Below are positions 52,587 to 63,891 of a DNA stretch of 64,000 nucleotides, one piece after another. The DNA lies in assembly GCA_963729715.1 (NCBI GenBank), contig CAVSPA010000003.1:288001-352000 (forward strand). Reading direction: 5' to 3'. The stretch's first letter is position 1; every line of letters begins with the position of its first letter. A program made the translations under genes and the position numbers. A model generated the notes under the pieces. The model was not told the origin of the DNA. It searched no databases and worked only from the letters and a program-made list of their open reading frames with translations. Source of the stretch: an uncultured delta proteobacterium. GTDB lineage: Bacteria > Desulfobacterota > Syntrophia > Syntrophales > UBA2185.

Positions 52587-53305
52587 TTCGCGCTGTTTGA
52601 TATTCCTCTTAGGATAATTTCGTTCCCTCATTGTGGAGTACTGGGAATGTGTTCTATCATCTTCGAGATTGCAGCGGTTGACACATGACTGGCCTGCTGT
52701 TTCGGCATGGGCAGCCCAATCTCTTTTCATGATCGGGTTCAGACCTGCTAATTGACCTTGATAATAACCGGTGCTTGTCACCGGTTATTCTATATGTGTT
52801 GAGGTTTATCATTTTCAATTAAGTCCCCGCCCCCATTCCGCCGCGTTCAGTCGGCTGTTACCACGCTGCCCGCGTGAATGTGTATCACGGCGTCAGCGCT
52901 GCCTTTCGGGGCCGCATCACAATTATATTTTGAGTTTTGTCAGTCACATAGAAGCAGATCCTTCCATACTCCCTGTATGGGTGAGTGTTTGCCTGCTGGC
53001 AATCATGGCCGGGTTGTGAAATTACACCATTGTGTTGCCGTTTATTCTTATCACTCACCATTAGCATTTCGAAAATAAATCTATTCCAACATTCCTCGAA
53101 ACACAGACTGAGAGCGGAAAATAGCGCTCTGCCTGTCCTAAGATGGCAGTGAGGCGCATGCACAAAAATGTACATCAATTACGTATACTATATTGTTCCT
53201 TTCACAAAATAATTTACCATAATTGTTCATTATGTCGTGAGAGCGGAAGAGACATTGAGCACGCATTATCCAGTCAAATAGGCATGTTGAATCTTCAAGG
53301 GCGCT

Positions 53306-53320
53306 TGGCATCGTAATTGC
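53306..53320 (+). promoter_or_regulatory. sigma54 promoter of amtB operon
   Basis: TGGCA-TCGTAA-TTGC with canonical GG-N10-GC spacing. Confidence 0.8.
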
Positions 53321-53378
53321 TCTTTATACTTGGCACTGGTTGTTCAATCTCTAAAATATGAACACGGAGGTAACAAAA

Positions 53379-54614
53379 ATGAATACAGGAGATACAGCGT
53401 GGGTATTGACTTCTTCAGCATTAGTTCTACTCATGACAATGCCGGGGCTGGCCTTTTTCTATGGGGGCCTGGTGCGGAGAAAAAATGTTCTATCCATCTT
53501 GATGCAGTGTTTCATTATCTTGGCCGTGATTAGTCTGCAATGGATGTTGTGGGGCTACTCATTGACCTTCGGTCCTGACGTGGGAGGAATCATCGGCAAC
53601 CTGGATTGGTTTGCCCTAAAAGGTGTGGGCGGGACTCCAAACCCGGACTATGCAGCCACAATCCCCCATGGGGCATTCATGATCTTCCAGTGCATGTTTG
53701 CTGTAATCACACCGGCCTTGATTCTCGGTGCGTATGCGGAGAGGATAAAATTTTCTGCTTTTCTCGTTTTTACTATCCTCTGGGCCACTCTTGTCTATGA
53801 TCCGCTCGGCCACTGGGTATGGGGGACCGGCGGTTGGTTAAAAAGTCTCGGCGCCCTGGACTTCGCGGGCGGCATCGTGGTTCACACCAGTTCCGGCATT
53901 TCCGCCCTGGTCATGGCTATCCTGCTCGGCAAAAGGATAGGGATGGATAAAGGGATGACATATAAGCCCCATAACATGCCCTTCGCAGTACTCGGTGCGG
54001 GACTTCTCTGGTTCGGCTGGTTCGGTTTCAACGCGGGCAGTGCGCTGGCGGCAAATGAACTTGCTACCAGTGCATTTATTGCGACCAACATGGCTACTGC
54101 GGCGGCTGCGTTTACATGGCCCATGATCGAATGGATAGTTGGCGGCAAACCGACGGTTTTAGGTGCTGCCACCGGTGCCGTCGCCGGACTCGTTGCCATC
54201 ACGCCCGCCTGTGGGTTTGTGAACCCCGTAAATGCGCTGTTCATAGGCATTTTGGTAAGCGTCTTCTGTTACATTGCTTGTGCGAAAGTAAAAGCTATAT
54301 TCAAATATGATGATTCTCTCGATGTCTTCGGCGTCCATGGTGTAGGCGGTATCTGGGGAACTCTTGCAACCGGACTCTTTTGCGAAAAGGTCATAAATAA
54401 CGACGGTGCGAATGGACTATTCTTCGGCAATACGCACCAGTTCTTAATTCAGTGCCTCCTCGTGGTAGTGGCTGTAATTTTTGCTGTAGTGATGACTGTA
54501 ATTATCTTCAAACTGGTCGATGCTATCATCGGAGTAAGAGCTGAAAAAAAAGATGAGGTGATCGGACTTGATCTAACCCAGCATAGCGAATCAGGCTACA
54601 CCCTGATTGAATAG
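53379..54614 (+). CDS. amtB: Ammonium transporter
   Basis: PGLAFFYGG, DFAGGIVVH, WFGWFGFNAGS, DDSLDVFGVHG; GGAGG RBS. Confidence 0.97.
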   Translation: MNTGDTAWVLTSSALVLLMTMPGLAFFYGGLVRRKNVLSILMQCFIILAVISLQWMLWGYSLTFGPDVGGIIGNLDWFALKGVGGTPNPDYAATIPHGAFMIFQCMFAVITPALILGAYAERIKFSAFLVFTILWATLVYDPLGHWVWGTGGWLKSLGALDFAGGIVVHTSSGISALVMAILLGKRIGMDKGMTYKPHNMPFAVLGAGLLWFGWFGFNAGSALAANELATSAFIATNMATAAAAFTWPMIEWIVGGKPTVLGAATGAVAGLVAITPACGFVNPVNALFIGILVSVFCYIACAKVKAIFKYDDSLDVFGVHGVGGIWGTLATGLFCEKVINNDGANGLFFGNTHQFLIQCLLVVVAVIFAVVMTVIIFKLVDAIIGVRAEKKDEVIGLDLTQHSESGYTLIE

Positions 54615-54626
54615 GAGGTACTAAAA

Positions 54627-54968
54627 ATGAAATATATAGTTGCTATTATACAGCCGCATAAACTGGATGAGGTGATGACGGCGCTCGAAGAAGTTCAAGT
54701 TAATCTGATGACGGTATCCAATGTTCTCGGCCGGGGCACGCAGAAGGGGCTTACAGAAGTTTACCGCGGCGCCAAAGAAGTGGGGAGCCTCTTGAAGAAA
54801 ATCAAACTGGAAATCGCCTGCAATGAAGATTTTGTGGAACGCACTACTCAGGCCATTATCAAGGGCGCCAGAACGGGCGAAATCGGCGACGGCAAAATAT
54901 TCATCTTTGACCTTCCCGAGGTAATCAGGATCCGTACCGGAGAAAAAGGCGGCAAGGCGATTGGGTAG
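54627..54968 (+). CDS. glnK: P-II nitrogen regulatory protein
   Basis: [28 protein letters not shown]; follows amtB. Confidence 0.93.
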   Translation: MKYIVAIIQPHKLDEVMTALEEVQVNLMTVSNVLGRGTQKGLTEVYRGAKEVGSLLKKIKLEIACNEDFVERTTQAIIKGARTGEIGDGKIFIFDLPEVIRIRTGEKGGKAIG

Positions 54969-55081
54969 GAAGAGGTGAAGAGCATGTGGCTCTATTTAAC
55001 CAAAATTGACAGACAGATTATATCATCTATGCTCCTCTACAACATAATAATTGTCATTGAAATCATAAGAGGTATGCCAAG

Positions 55082-55396
55082 ATGTCTGCAAAAGAACTCA
55101 AAACTGAACAGGATGGCCTAAGAGATCTCATTGAGTCATATGAACGGGACCTTATTGTAGACGCCCTGAAGATCACGTTCGGGAACGTGTCACACGCCGC
55201 CAAACTTCTCAAGACAACGAGGCGAATATTCGGCTATAAGGTTCATAAATACGGCATCAATCTGACGGATTTCAGGTTAACACGTCTTAGGTCGCGAAAA
55301 AGCATACAGAAATCCACGCTCGGAGGCGACAAAGACAGTGGCAGTCATGTATCTAACACTCATGACCGCAGGCCGCAGCAAAATGATTTCCCCTGA
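55082..55396 (+). CDS. Stand-alone Fis-type HTH (like C-terminus of sigma54 activators)
   Basis: YERDLIVDALK..GNVSHAAKLLKTTRRIFGYKVHKYGI; GAGG RBS. Confidence 0.7.
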   Translation: MSAKELKTEQDGLRDLIESYERDLIVDALKITFGNVSHAAKLLKTTRRIFGYKVHKYGINLTDFRLTRLRSRKSIQKSTLGGDKDSGSHVSNTHDRRPQQNDFP

Positions 55397-55545
55397 CGGG
55401 AATCCATGCAGACGTCATGTGAAGACATTTTTGAATCGGGTGGTTATGAAGTTCATTCACCATGAATTTTAAAACTTGTTAACAGATTATTAACCAATAT
55501 GCCTTAGAGGATATCTATGGCCAATATTATACCAGGAGGTCTGAG

Positions 55546-57015
55546 ATGGCGAAGAAAGCAATGAAAGGTGCATTCGATGAGAAAGCAGTCAAGAATGTTA
55601 TAAAGATGGTTAAAGAAAATGACATCAAAATCATTGATCTTAAATTTAATGATTTGCCGGGTATGTGGCAGCATTTTTCAATTCCGGCAGCGGAGATAAC
55701 CGGGATTGATGACCCAGCAACGAGTATCTGGGTAGAAGGCATTGGCTTTGATGGATCATCCATCCGGGGCTTCCAGAAGATTCACGAATCCGATATGGTT
55801 TTGCAATTAGACGCGGGCACCGCTGTCGTTGACCCTGCTTGCGATGTGCCCACCTTGAGTATTATCTGTGATGTCTATGACCCCACAACTAAGAAGCCAT
55901 ACTCCCGCGACCCCCGCTATGTGGCCAAGAAAGCTACTGGCTATTTGAAATCCACCGGTATTGCCGACACGAGTTATTGGGGGCCGGAGATGGAATTCTT
56001 CATCTTTAATGACATCCGGTTTGCCCAGACGACAAACGCAGGCTTTTACTTTATTGACTCCGTAGAAGGAGAATGGAATTCAGGAAAAGATGAAAAGCCG
56101 AATTTAGGATACAAGCCGCGTTATAAAGAAGGGTATTTTCCTGTTCCTCCGCATGATTCGATACAGGATTTAAGAAGTGAGATGATGCTGGCGATGATTA
56201 AGACAGGCATCGGCATAGAGGTTCACCACCATGAGGTTGCCACTGCCGGCCAGTGCGAGATAGACATGAGGTATGGTCCCTTAGTAAAAATGGCAGATAA
56301 CTGCCTGATGTATAAATATATCGTCAAGAATATATCCAAGAAGCACAATATGGTGGCTACCTTCATGCCTAAACCGCTCTTTGGCGATAACGGCTCAGGC
56401 ATGCATACGCACCAATCTCTCTGGAAGGGAGAGAAAAATATCTTTTTTGACCCCAAAGGATATGGGCTTATTTCCCAGACTGCCAAATACTATATCGGAG
56501 GCCTGTTGAAACATGCACCTGCCCTCATGGCTTTCTGTGCCCCCACCACAAACTCCTATAAACGCTTAGTGCCGGGATATGAGGCGCCGGTTAATTTAGC
56601 CTATTCGCAGAGAAATCGTTCTGCAGCTATAAGAATTCCGGTTTATTCCGAGAACCCGAAGACAAAACGCATTGAATTCAGGCCGCCGGATAATTCCTGC
56701 AATCCGCATTTGGCTTTTGCCGCAATGCTCATGGCCGGTCTCGATGGAATACAGAATAAGATAGATCCGGGTGAACCATTGGAGAAGGACATTTATGAGT
56801 TGAGCCCTAAGGAAGCGGCGAAGGTTCCCACTGTTCCGGGCTCTTTAGACGAATCCGTCGCTGCCCTGGAGAAGGATTATAAGTTTCTTCTCAAAGGCGA
56901 TGTTTTTACACAAGATGTAATTGACGTCTGGATTGACTATAAGAGAGCAAAAGAAATAGATGGATTGCGCCTCCGGCCGCATCCATATGAGTTCTATCTT
57001 TATTTTGACGTTTAA
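55546..57015 (+). CDS. glnA: Glutamine synthetase type I
   Basis: [42 protein letters not shown] adenylylation motif. Confidence 0.98.
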   Translation: MAKKAMKGAFDEKAVKNVIKMVKENDIKIIDLKFNDLPGMWQHFSIPAAEITGIDDPATSIWVEGIGFDGSSIRGFQKIHESDMVLQLDAGTAVVDPACDVPTLSIICDVYDPTTKKPYSRDPRYVAKKATGYLKSTGIADTSYWGPEMEFFIFNDIRFAQTTNAGFYFIDSVEGEWNSGKDEKPNLGYKPRYKEGYFPVPPHDSIQDLRSEMMLAMIKTGIGIEVHHHEVATAGQCEIDMRYGPLVKMADNCLMYKYIVKNISKKHNMVATFMPKPLFGDNGSGMHTHQSLWKGEKNIFFDPKGYGLISQTAKYYIGGLLKHAPALMAFCAPTTNSYKRLVPGYEAPVNLAYSQRNRSAAIRIPVYSENPKTKRIEFRPPDNSCNPHLAFAAMLMAGLDGIQNKIDPGEPLEKDIYELSPKEAAKVPTVPGSLDESVAALEKDYKFLLKGDVFTQDVIDVWIDYKRAKEIDGLRLRPHPYEFYLYFDV

Positions 57016-57038
57016 GAATCGCGTGATCTTGGAAAGAC

Positions 57039-57082
57039 CCGTGCCGAAGTTACCCGGATTCATCCGAGTGGCTTCGGCACGG
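57039..57082. terminator. Strong hairpin between convergent genes
   Basis: CCGTGCCGAAG...CTTCGGCACGG. Confidence 0.7.
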
Positions 57083-57106
57083 CAGTGATATTAAAAATAG
57101 AGGAGA

Positions 57107-57331
57107 TTATTTTCTGTTGATGAACATCAGGATAATCGTGAGGATGATACTGATGATTATGCACGTGGCGAGTGGAAAATAGAACGAGAAATTCTTGCCT
57201 TTGTAAAAGAAGTCACCGGGAAGTTTTCCAAACCATGGTATCTTCCCTCCCAAGAGGAGCAGGAATCCCAGGCCTGCGATGACCAAGCCGATAACAATTA
57301 GAATCTTGCCGAAGCCGGAAAAATCAAGCAT
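57107..57331 (-). CDS. DUF2905-family small membrane protein
   Basis: GKLPGDF...FYFPLATCIIIS. Confidence 0.85.
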   Translation of the reverse strand: MLDFSGFGKILIVIGLVIAGLGFLLLLGGKIPWFGKLPGDFFYKGKNFSFYFPLATCIIISIILTIILMFINRK

Positions 57332-57364
57332 ATAAATTTCCCTTGTATACTGACTCTTGTAAAA

Positions 57365-57449
57365 GAGATTGCATGTCCATTCGTTCGTCGCAATGACAGC
57401 AAGTCGATGTCGATGCATGATTTGTCACTGCGAGTATGGAGAAGCAATC
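57365..57449. repeat. Degenerate inverted pair of GAGATTGC...TCGCAATGACA REP-like repeats
   Basis: gagattgc..tcgcaatgaca and tgtcactgcgag..gaagcaatc. Confidence 0.55.
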
Positions 57450-57480
57450 GCATTGCCGCTTTCAATGAATTATATCACAT

Positions 57481-58425
57481 TTATGACCAGTTAAACGGCG
57501 CTTTCTTTCTGAAATCCGGAACCAGCGCCTTGTCGTCAACATCTTGGGTGAAGATGTTTTCAAAACCCATATCGAGGGCATGATTTATGATAAGCTCATA
57601 TTCGTCGCGCGTAATTCTTCTTTTCAAATGGGGATGATTCTTAACAGAGGGCACGGGCGTATACTGGGACATGATGCTCAGCGGTACGGAAACGGATATA
57701 TGCTTTTTGATTAAGCGGAGGACTTCTAGGCTGTTCGATATGAATCCGGGGATGATGAGATGGCGGATGAGTGTGCCCCTTTTTGCTGCGCCCTCTTCCA
57801 TTAAAATTTCATCTCCTACCTGACGCACCATTTCTTTGAGGGAAGGGATGGCATGCGCGGTGTAATCCTTCACTCCGGAAAGGGCAAGAGCGGCATTCTC
57901 CGTGCCGTACTTAAAATCCGGCAGGTAGATATCCACCATGCCTTCGAGGATTTCCAGGACTTCCGGGTTCTCATATCCGCCGCAATTGTATACGAGGGGG
58001 AGATGCAAACCTCTTTGGCGGACGATGAGAAGGGCCTCCATGATCTGCGGTATCTGGGGAGTGGGCGTAACAGGCTCGATGTTATGACAGTTCTCTTTCC
58101 CGAGTGCCAGCATGATTGCGGAGAGTCTTTTAATGTCTATCCTCTCCCCGGAAATTTCACGGCTTAACTGATAGTTCTGGCAGTAGATGCATTTGAGATT
58201 ACAGGAAGAAAGGAAGATTGTTCCGGCGCCCTGTGTACCCGAGATGGGAGGCTCCTCGCCATAATGGGGCAGGGCGTGGCTTACTGCGACGTCGTCTGCG
58301 AGACGGCAGAATCCTGGTTCACCTCTTGTCCTGTCGACGCCGCATTTTCTGGGACACAGTGTGCAGCTTTTCAGGATTCCCTTCAGCCGGTCAATGCGTA
58401 GCCGCAAGATAGTTTCAGCGTCCAC
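57481..58425 (-). CDS. Radical SAM protein (PflX-like)
   Basis: CTLCPRKC, GEEPPISG, CNLKCIYC, YLPDFKY. Confidence 0.9.
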   Translation of the reverse strand: MDAETILRLRIDRLKGILKSCTLCPRKCGVDRTRGEPGFCRLADDVAVSHALPHYGEEPPISGTQGAGTIFLSSCNLKCIYCQNYQLSREISGERIDIKRLSAIMLALGKENCHNIEPVTPTPQIPQIMEALLIVRQRGLHLPLVYNCGGYENPEVLEILEGMVDIYLPDFKYGTENAALALSGVKDYTAHAIPSLKEMVRQVGDEILMEEGAAKRGTLIRHLIIPGFISNSLEVLRLIKKHISVSVPLSIMSQYTPVPSVKNHPHLKRRITRDEYELIINHALDMGFENIFTQDVDDKALVPDFRKKAPFNWS

Positions 58426-58438
58426 TTCCGCTCATGCC

Positions 58439-59515
58439 TCACTGAATTTCTATCTTTTCCACAACGTTCTTGATCTTCTTGCTTTCTATAAGCTCGAGGA
58501 ATTCTTCTCCGAGAGGTTGCGCACGGTCCACCACACTCCACCAGTTTCTGATCCTGGTAGACGGGTCATCGATGTGGATCGCGAAATCGTCCCGGTCAGG
58601 TACTTTTCCCCCGGGGAGCTGCGCGACAAAGCCTTGGGAGGGATGAATCATCAGGACATTATCAAGATCATCTGCCCGCGGGAGGCGGTAGGAGAGTTTT
58701 TTATCCAACCATCCCGGTATAATTCTCTCCTGATGGTTAAAGAACAGTACGATGTCGTCATCTTTTGCGGCGTAGTTGTGGGTGAGATGATAATCGATCA
58801 GACCACCGTCACGGTATACTCCTAAAGGCGCCCCGTAGATGTTTCTGACACCGGCAACAACCAGAGGAATGGCGCCCGAAGCCACAAGGGCATACTTGAA
58901 ATTGATCTGGTTGAGCGGAATGTACCGTCCGCGGAAACCGGGCCTGAGGCAAAAAGGCGGCGGCTTCGGCCCGTTATAGAATACAACCCGCTCGGCAAAA
59001 TAATGGATGTATGATCTCTTAATGGCATTGAGGAGAAAGCCTATACCGAGGCCGAGCTGCTGCGCCCACTTCGATTCAGAGGCCACAAGGTTCTTTGCAC
59101 GAGCTGTAATGATCGCAAAACGGTACTTTTTATTGGCCAGCGCAAAGGGCAGGGCGTCGTCCTCAATATATGAATTTACAATGCCTATCAGGGACGCCTG
59201 AACACTGGCCGGCGTATCGGCTCTCGTATAAGTTGTGCTGATGTAGGATTCCATGAGAGTGCGGTAACTCTTTTCCGGCTCAGGTTGCAGCCAGGCGGCA
59301 AACCGCATTGCCCCTGCCGATGAACCGACGAGGTGCGTCGCCTTTGCGCATCCGAAGAGGCCCTTCGTCAGGAGAGTGAGGTCGAAGCCGCTCGCCACCA
59401 GCCACCGGGGACCAGTCGCCGGGGCGAAATAGGTCGTGACGCGGTCGAAATTAAAACCGCCGTCCTGGATGATTTCATAGGCCCGCTTGCCTGCTCTTAT
59501 ACAGATATCGTTCAT
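58439..59515 (-). CDS. Patatin-like phospholipase family protein
   Basis: GSSAG nucleophile motif, ASGAIP, DGG. Confidence 0.82.
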   Translation of the reverse strand: MNDICIRAGKRAYEIIQDGGFNFDRVTTYFAPATGPRWLVASGFDLTLLTKGLFGCAKATHLVGSSAGAMRFAAWLQPEPEKSYRTLMESYISTTYTRADTPASVQASLIGIVNSYIEDDALPFALANKKYRFAIITARAKNLVASESKWAQQLGLGIGFLLNAIKRSYIHYFAERVVFYNGPKPPPFCLRPGFRGRYIPLNQINFKYALVASGAIPLVVAGVRNIYGAPLGVYRDGGLIDYHLTHNYAAKDDDIVLFFNHQERIIPGWLDKKLSYRLPRADDLDNVLMIHPSQGFVAQLPGGKVPDRDDFAIHIDDPSTRIRNWWSVVDRAQPLGEEFLELIESKKIKNVVEKIEIQ

Positions 59516-59612
59516 TGTTATCGACCGTGGGTAACTTCTAAATCCTGCAGCCCTGGGTAAAATTTCTTACAGATATGCTGAGAATCACCGGGGATTGCAA
59601 CAACAAATGACC

Positions 59613-59641
59613 TTGACAGTATCCCGGCCGTTCGGTAGAGT
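59613..59641 (+). promoter_or_regulatory. sigma70-type promoter of proA operon
   Basis: TTGACA-17bp-TAGAGT. Confidence 0.6.
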
Positions 59642-59776
59642 AACGCATCTGAGAGGGGTTTACCCGCTTGCTCAATGTGATGGCGGTTAATACATAAACT
59701 CTGACTGTTTTGTCAACGTCTATTGTTGGATGTATCCCCCCCCCAATATGTGCCGATGGTCAGGGAAAGTATTCGT

Positions 59777-61033
59777 ATGGATATCAAAACCCGTGTGGCG
59801 GAAATAGCAAAAAATGCAAAAAAGGCGGCCGTGTCGCTTGCCCGTCTGCCATCGGACCTGAAAGACAGGGTTCTCCTCGACATGGCCGAGGCACTTACCA
59901 GGCAAACCGGCATTCTCATGAAGGAAAATGCCAAGGACCTCGAAAAAGCAGCCCAGATGGGCCTTTCCGCCGTCATGATGGACAGGCTCGTATTGAACGA
60001 AAGTATAATTGAAGGCATTGCAAAGGGTCTCACGGAAGTGGCCTGTCTCCCGGACCCGATAGGAAAAGTAACGTCCATGTGGCGCAGACCGAACGGCCTT
60101 CTGGTCGGCCGCAAGAGAATCCCTCTCGGTGTAATCGGCATCATCTATGAGTCCCGCCCCAACGTGACTGCGGACGCAGCGGCCCTCTGTCTGAAATCAG
60201 GCAATGCGGTCATCCTGCGCGGAGGGTCTGAGGCGATAAACTCGAATATTGCGATAGCAAAAATTCTTCAGGGCGTCTTGACGAATCATGCCATTCCCGA
60301 AGGGGCCATTCAGGTAATCCCCATGATCGAGAGGGAAGCGGTCCGGGAGATGCTGCAGCTTGAAGAATATATAGACGTGATTATCCCGAGAGGGGGCGAA
60401 GATCTGATCAGGGCTGTTGTCAATGAATCGAAGATTCCCGTCATCAAGCATTACAAAGGGGTCTGCCATATATTTGTGGACGCCGGCGCCGATATTGAGA
60501 TGGCCGTAGATATTTGCATGAACGCAAAGACCCAGCGTCCGGGACTCTGCAATGCCATGGAGACTATGCTTGTCCACCAGGACATTGCAGGGGAATTTTT
60601 GCCGCTTGTCGCCCGCCATCTCAAGGGGGCAGGTGTTGTCCTCCGGGGGTGTGATAGGACAAGACGAATCGTGAAGGATGTCGAACAGGCAAAAGAGGAA
60701 GATTGGTATCAGGAATACCTCGACCTCATTTTATCCGTGCGCGTCGTGGATGATCTTGATGAGGCTGTGGCCCATATTGAAAAATACGGTTCTCTGCATA
60801 CGGAGTCAATCATCACGAACAATTACCAAAACGCGCAGCGCTTCTTGGATGAAGTCAACTCGTCCACTGTCCTCGTCAATGCGTCCACCCGCTTCAGCGA
60901 CGGGTTTGAGCTGGGCCTCGGCGCGGAAATAGGAATCAGCACGACAAAACTTCATGCCTTCGGTCCCATGGGACTCGAAGAGCTGACAACAACAAAATTC
61001 ATTATCTATGGGAATGGACAGGTGAGAACATGA
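59777..61033 (+). CDS. proA: Gamma-glutamyl phosphate reductase
   Basis: [42 protein letters not shown]. Confidence 0.97.
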   Translation: MDIKTRVAEIAKNAKKAAVSLARLPSDLKDRVLLDMAEALTRQTGILMKENAKDLEKAAQMGLSAVMMDRLVLNESIIEGIAKGLTEVACLPDPIGKVTSMWRRPNGLLVGRKRIPLGVIGIIYESRPNVTADAAALCLKSGNAVILRGGSEAINSNIAIAKILQGVLTNHAIPEGAIQVIPMIEREAVREMLQLEEYIDVIIPRGGEDLIRAVVNESKIPVIKHYKGVCHIFVDAGADIEMAVDICMNAKTQRPGLCNAMETMLVHQDIAGEFLPLVARHLKGAGVVLRGCDRTRRIVKDVEQAKEEDWYQEYLDLILSVRVVDDLDEAVAHIEKYGSLHTESIITNNYQNAQRFLDEVNSSTVLVNASTRFSDGFELGLGAEIGISTTKLHAFGPMGLEELTTTKFIIYGNGQVRT

Positions 61034-61683
61034 AATGGGGATTATTGGGAGGCACATTCGATCCGATACACAATGGCCATCTCAGATGCGCCGAGGAAGT
61101 GCTCGAAATTTTTGATCTGAACAGGATCATCATTGTTCCCGCTGCGAAACCGCCGCACAAGATAGACGGCGATATCACATCATTTCATCACCGGGAGCAG
61201 ATGATCAAGCTGGCTATTGAGGGGAACCCGGTGTTTACGTTCTCCGATGTGGAGAAGCAGCGTGAAGAGAAGTCTTACTCGGTGGAAACTGTTGATTACA
61301 TCCTCAAGAAATACATGACAGACCTGCAATTGTATTTCATCCTCGGGCAGGATGCCTTTCACGCCATTCATAGCTGGAAAGACTGGCAGAGGCTGCTGCT
61401 CTTGTGCAATTTTGTCGTTATGACAAGACCCGGTTACGAAGACAAGGGCCTGGATGGAATCCTTTCCGCCGATTTCGCTTCCCAATTTAAGTACGACGAC
61501 AGTGTGAAGGGTCTCAGAGGGCCGACGGGGCACGTCATTTATTTCAGGGGTGTTACCTTCCTGGATATCTCGTCGAGTGATATCAGGCAAAGAGCGAGAG
61601 AGGGGAGGTCCATTAAATACCTCGTCCCTGAGTCGGTCCGGCATTACATCGTAAAGAATTCTCTGTACAGAAACTCAAAATAG
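61030..61683 (+). CDS. nadD: Nicotinate-nucleotide adenylyltransferase
   Basis: [27 protein letters not shown]. Confidence 0.96.
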   Translation: MKWGLLGGTFDPIHNGHLRCAEEVLEIFDLNRIIIVPAAKPPHKIDGDITSFHHREQMIKLAIEGNPVFTFSDVEKQREEKSYSVETVDYILKKYMTDLQLYFILGQDAFHAIHSWKDWQRLLLLCNFVVMTRPGYEDKGLDGILSADFASQFKYDDSVKGLRGPTGHVIYFRGVTFLDISSSDIRQRAREGRSIKYLVPESVRHYIVKNSLYRNSK

Positions 61684-61781
61684 CAGGTACTCATACGTCT
61701 AATCCTAAGCTTACCGCCAATCGGTCTCACTCCGTACGAGCCGGGAAAATTATCCTTGCACTGGGCATTATCGCACTTCTT

Positions 61782-62510
61782 TTGGGGGCCGCCGCATCAG
61801 GGGCCGCAGAGAATTTTCCTAAACCGGCAGGCGCAGTCAATGATTTTGCACGCGTGATCCCGCCGGAATATAAAAACCGCATGGAGAGTCTCTCTCGAGA
61901 GGTGCTCGAAAAAACAGGAACTGCCATTGTTGTTGTCACGATGGAAAGCATCGGGGATAACGAACTGAACGATTATGTCAACAGCCTGTACAAGGCGTGG
62001 GGCATTGGCAGGAAAGGCGAAGACAAGGGCGTTCTGATTTTCCTCACCTTGAAGGAGCGGAAATTCAGGATCGAAACCGGATACGGTGTGGAAGGCATCC
62101 TCCCCGACGGGCTCGTCGGGGAAATTCGTGACAGGTACGCAATCCCTTTTTTCAGGAAAGGTGACTTCGGGCAGGGACTTTCCAATACTGTAACCGCCGT
62201 GGCTTCTGTTGTGGCGAAGGCAGCCAATGTATCCATCACAGGCGGTGTACCCGTCGCGCAGCCGGAAGAGAGAAAAGTCAGGCAGAGGGGCAGCTATTGG
62301 CCGCTTATCATCCTTGTTCTGATACTGGCTGCACTTTTAGGCACGAGGCAGGGACGGGACATGCTCCCCTGGCTGCTGCTCTTTGCATTTACCGGCAGAG
62401 GTGGAGGCTATGGCGGCGGCGGTGGAGGATTTGGGAGTTTTGGCGGCGGCGGCTTCGGCGGTTTCGGCGGCGGTGGAAGCGGGGGCGGCGGAGCAGGCGG
62501 CGATTTCTGA
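61782..62510 (+). CDS. TPM-domain (YgcG-like) membrane protein with Gly-rich tail; true start probably upstream (~61695)
   Basis: VNDFA, WGIG..DKGVL, RIETGYGVEG, GGG.SGGGGAGG. Confidence 0.88.
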   Translation: MGAAASGAAENFPKPAGAVNDFARVIPPEYKNRMESLSREVLEKTGTAIVVVTMESIGDNELNDYVNSLYKAWGIGRKGEDKGVLIFLTLKERKFRIETGYGVEGILPDGLVGEIRDRYAIPFFRKGDFGQGLSNTVTAVASVVAKAANVSITGGVPVAQPEERKVRQRGSYWPLIILVLILAALLGTRQGRDMLPWLLLFAFTGRGGGYGGGGGGFGSFGGGGFGGFGGGGSGGGGAGGDF

Positions 62511-62525
62511 CGAGAGGTGATCGAC

Positions 62526-63257
62526 ATGGCAAAGGTACCGAAAAATCCGGAGGAGATTTTTGAGGAGTTCACGGACGATTTCAAGAACGTTTTCGGCAGT
62601 GATCTCGTTTCCATTATTCTCTATGGCAGCGGGGCGAGCGGCCATTACGTCCCCGGGAAATCGGATCTCAATTTTCTCATAGTCCTCTCCGAGGGAGGGA
62701 TTGATAATCTGGATAGGGCCTTCAATACTGTGTCGCGGTGGCGGAGGCGCAAGGCGGCAATTCCCCTTTTCATGACGAAGGCGGAAATATTGTCTTCCCG
62801 CGACACATATCCCATTGAGTTCCTCTCGATGAAGAAACATTATGTCCTTGTAACCGGAGAGGATGTCCTCGGCGGGCTGTCCTTCGAGCTGGCCCATCTC
62901 CGCTTGCAGTCTGAAAGAGAATTCAAGGGGAAGCTGGTTCATTTGAGGAGGGGCTTCCTTGAAGCGGAGGGACGCACGCGGCAGATGCGCGAACTGATCA
63001 AAGCCTCCTTCACGGCATTCATCTCCATATTCAGAGCCCTCCTGTATATCAAGGGAATTGACATACCTCAGGCGCGAAGAGACATAATCAATACCGTCGC
63101 CAGGGAATATTCTGTTGATCCTGCGATCTTCCTGAAATGCGCAGATATCAAGGAAAACATTGACCGGATTACCGCGTCCGAGATTCAGAATGTTTTTAAA
63201 GATTACGTAAGAGAGATCGAAAAACTATCCGCCATCGTCGACGGCATGAGTGTATGA
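62526..63257 (+). CDS. Nucleotidyltransferase-domain protein
   Basis: ILYGSGA...SDLN, DTYPIEF; lies between TPM gene and lemA. Confidence 0.8.
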   Translation: MAKVPKNPEEIFEEFTDDFKNVFGSDLVSIILYGSGASGHYVPGKSDLNFLIVLSEGGIDNLDRAFNTVSRWRRRKAAIPLFMTKAEILSSRDTYPIEFLSMKKHYVLVTGEDVLGGLSFELAHLRLQSEREFKGKLVHLRRGFLEAEGRTRQMRELIKASFTAFISIFRALLYIKGIDIPQARRDIINTVAREYSVDPAIFLKCADIKENIDRITASEIQNVFKDYVREIEKLSAIVDGMSV

Positions 63258-63327
63258 AAACACTCGAGACCGCAAAACTTAAGTGAATGCGATTCCTAAA
63301 AAATTGCACAATATCGGGAGGTGCGAC

Positions 63328-63891
63328 ATGACCAGCGGGAAAAAAATTCTCATTATTGCAGGAGTAATTGTTCTTGTCCTTGTGCTTTTTCTATACTCCA
63401 ATTACAACTCTTTCGTTTCTCTTGATGAGACTGTAAAAGCTTCCTGGGCGCAGGTGGAAAATCAATTGCAGCGACGCTACGACCTGATACCCAACCTTGT
63501 GGAGACGGTAAAGGGGTATGCCAAGCAGGAAAAAGATGTTCTCGTCGAAGTTACCAATGCCAGGGCCAAGGTGGGCGGCGCGGTTAACGTGCCTGATAAG
63601 ATCAGCGCCAATAACGAATTGTCCGGTGCCTTGAACAGACTCCTGGTTGTCGTCGAAAGATATCCTGATCTCAAGTCCAACCAGAATTTCATGCGCCTTC
63701 AGGATGAGCTTGCGGGCACGGAAAACAGAATTGCCGTGGAAAGAAAGCGATACAATGATGCGGTGAGAACTTACAATATCGCGATCAGAAGCTTCCCAGG
63801 GAATCTGTTTGCGGGGATGTTCGGTTTCCATAGTGCAGCCTTTTTTGAGGCGCCGGCACAGGCCAAGACGGCCCCACAGGTCAAATTCTAA
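63328..63891 (+). CDS. lemA: LemA family protein
   Basis: QLQRRYDLIPNLV, YPDLKS, ENRIAVER; GGGAGG RBS before ATG 63328. Confidence 0.95.
   Translation: MTSGKKILIIAGVIVLVLVLFLYSNYNSFVSLDETVKASWAQVENQLQRRYDLIPNLVETVKGYAKQEKDVLVEVTNARAKVGGAVNVPDKISANNELSGALNRLLVVVERYPDLKSNQNFMRLQDELAGTENRIAVERKRYNDAVRTYNIAIRSFPGNLFAGMFGFHSAAFFEAPAQAKTAPQVKF

Noticed and set aside
52820..52925. GC-rich intergenic stretch as ncRNA/tRNA
   Set aside because: No cloverleaf or recognisable SRP/6S/tmRNA motifs
53331..53345. Second TGGCAC sigma54 site before amtB
   Set aside because: Lacks the -12 GC element
55441..55496. Hairpins upstream of glnA as glutamine riboswitch
   Set aside because: Stems exist, but the conserved CGUU...GAAGGAACG-type core of the glnA motif is not visible
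62398..62505. GGC-rich tandem repeat
   Set aside because: Encodes the normal Gly-rich tail of TPM-domain proteins
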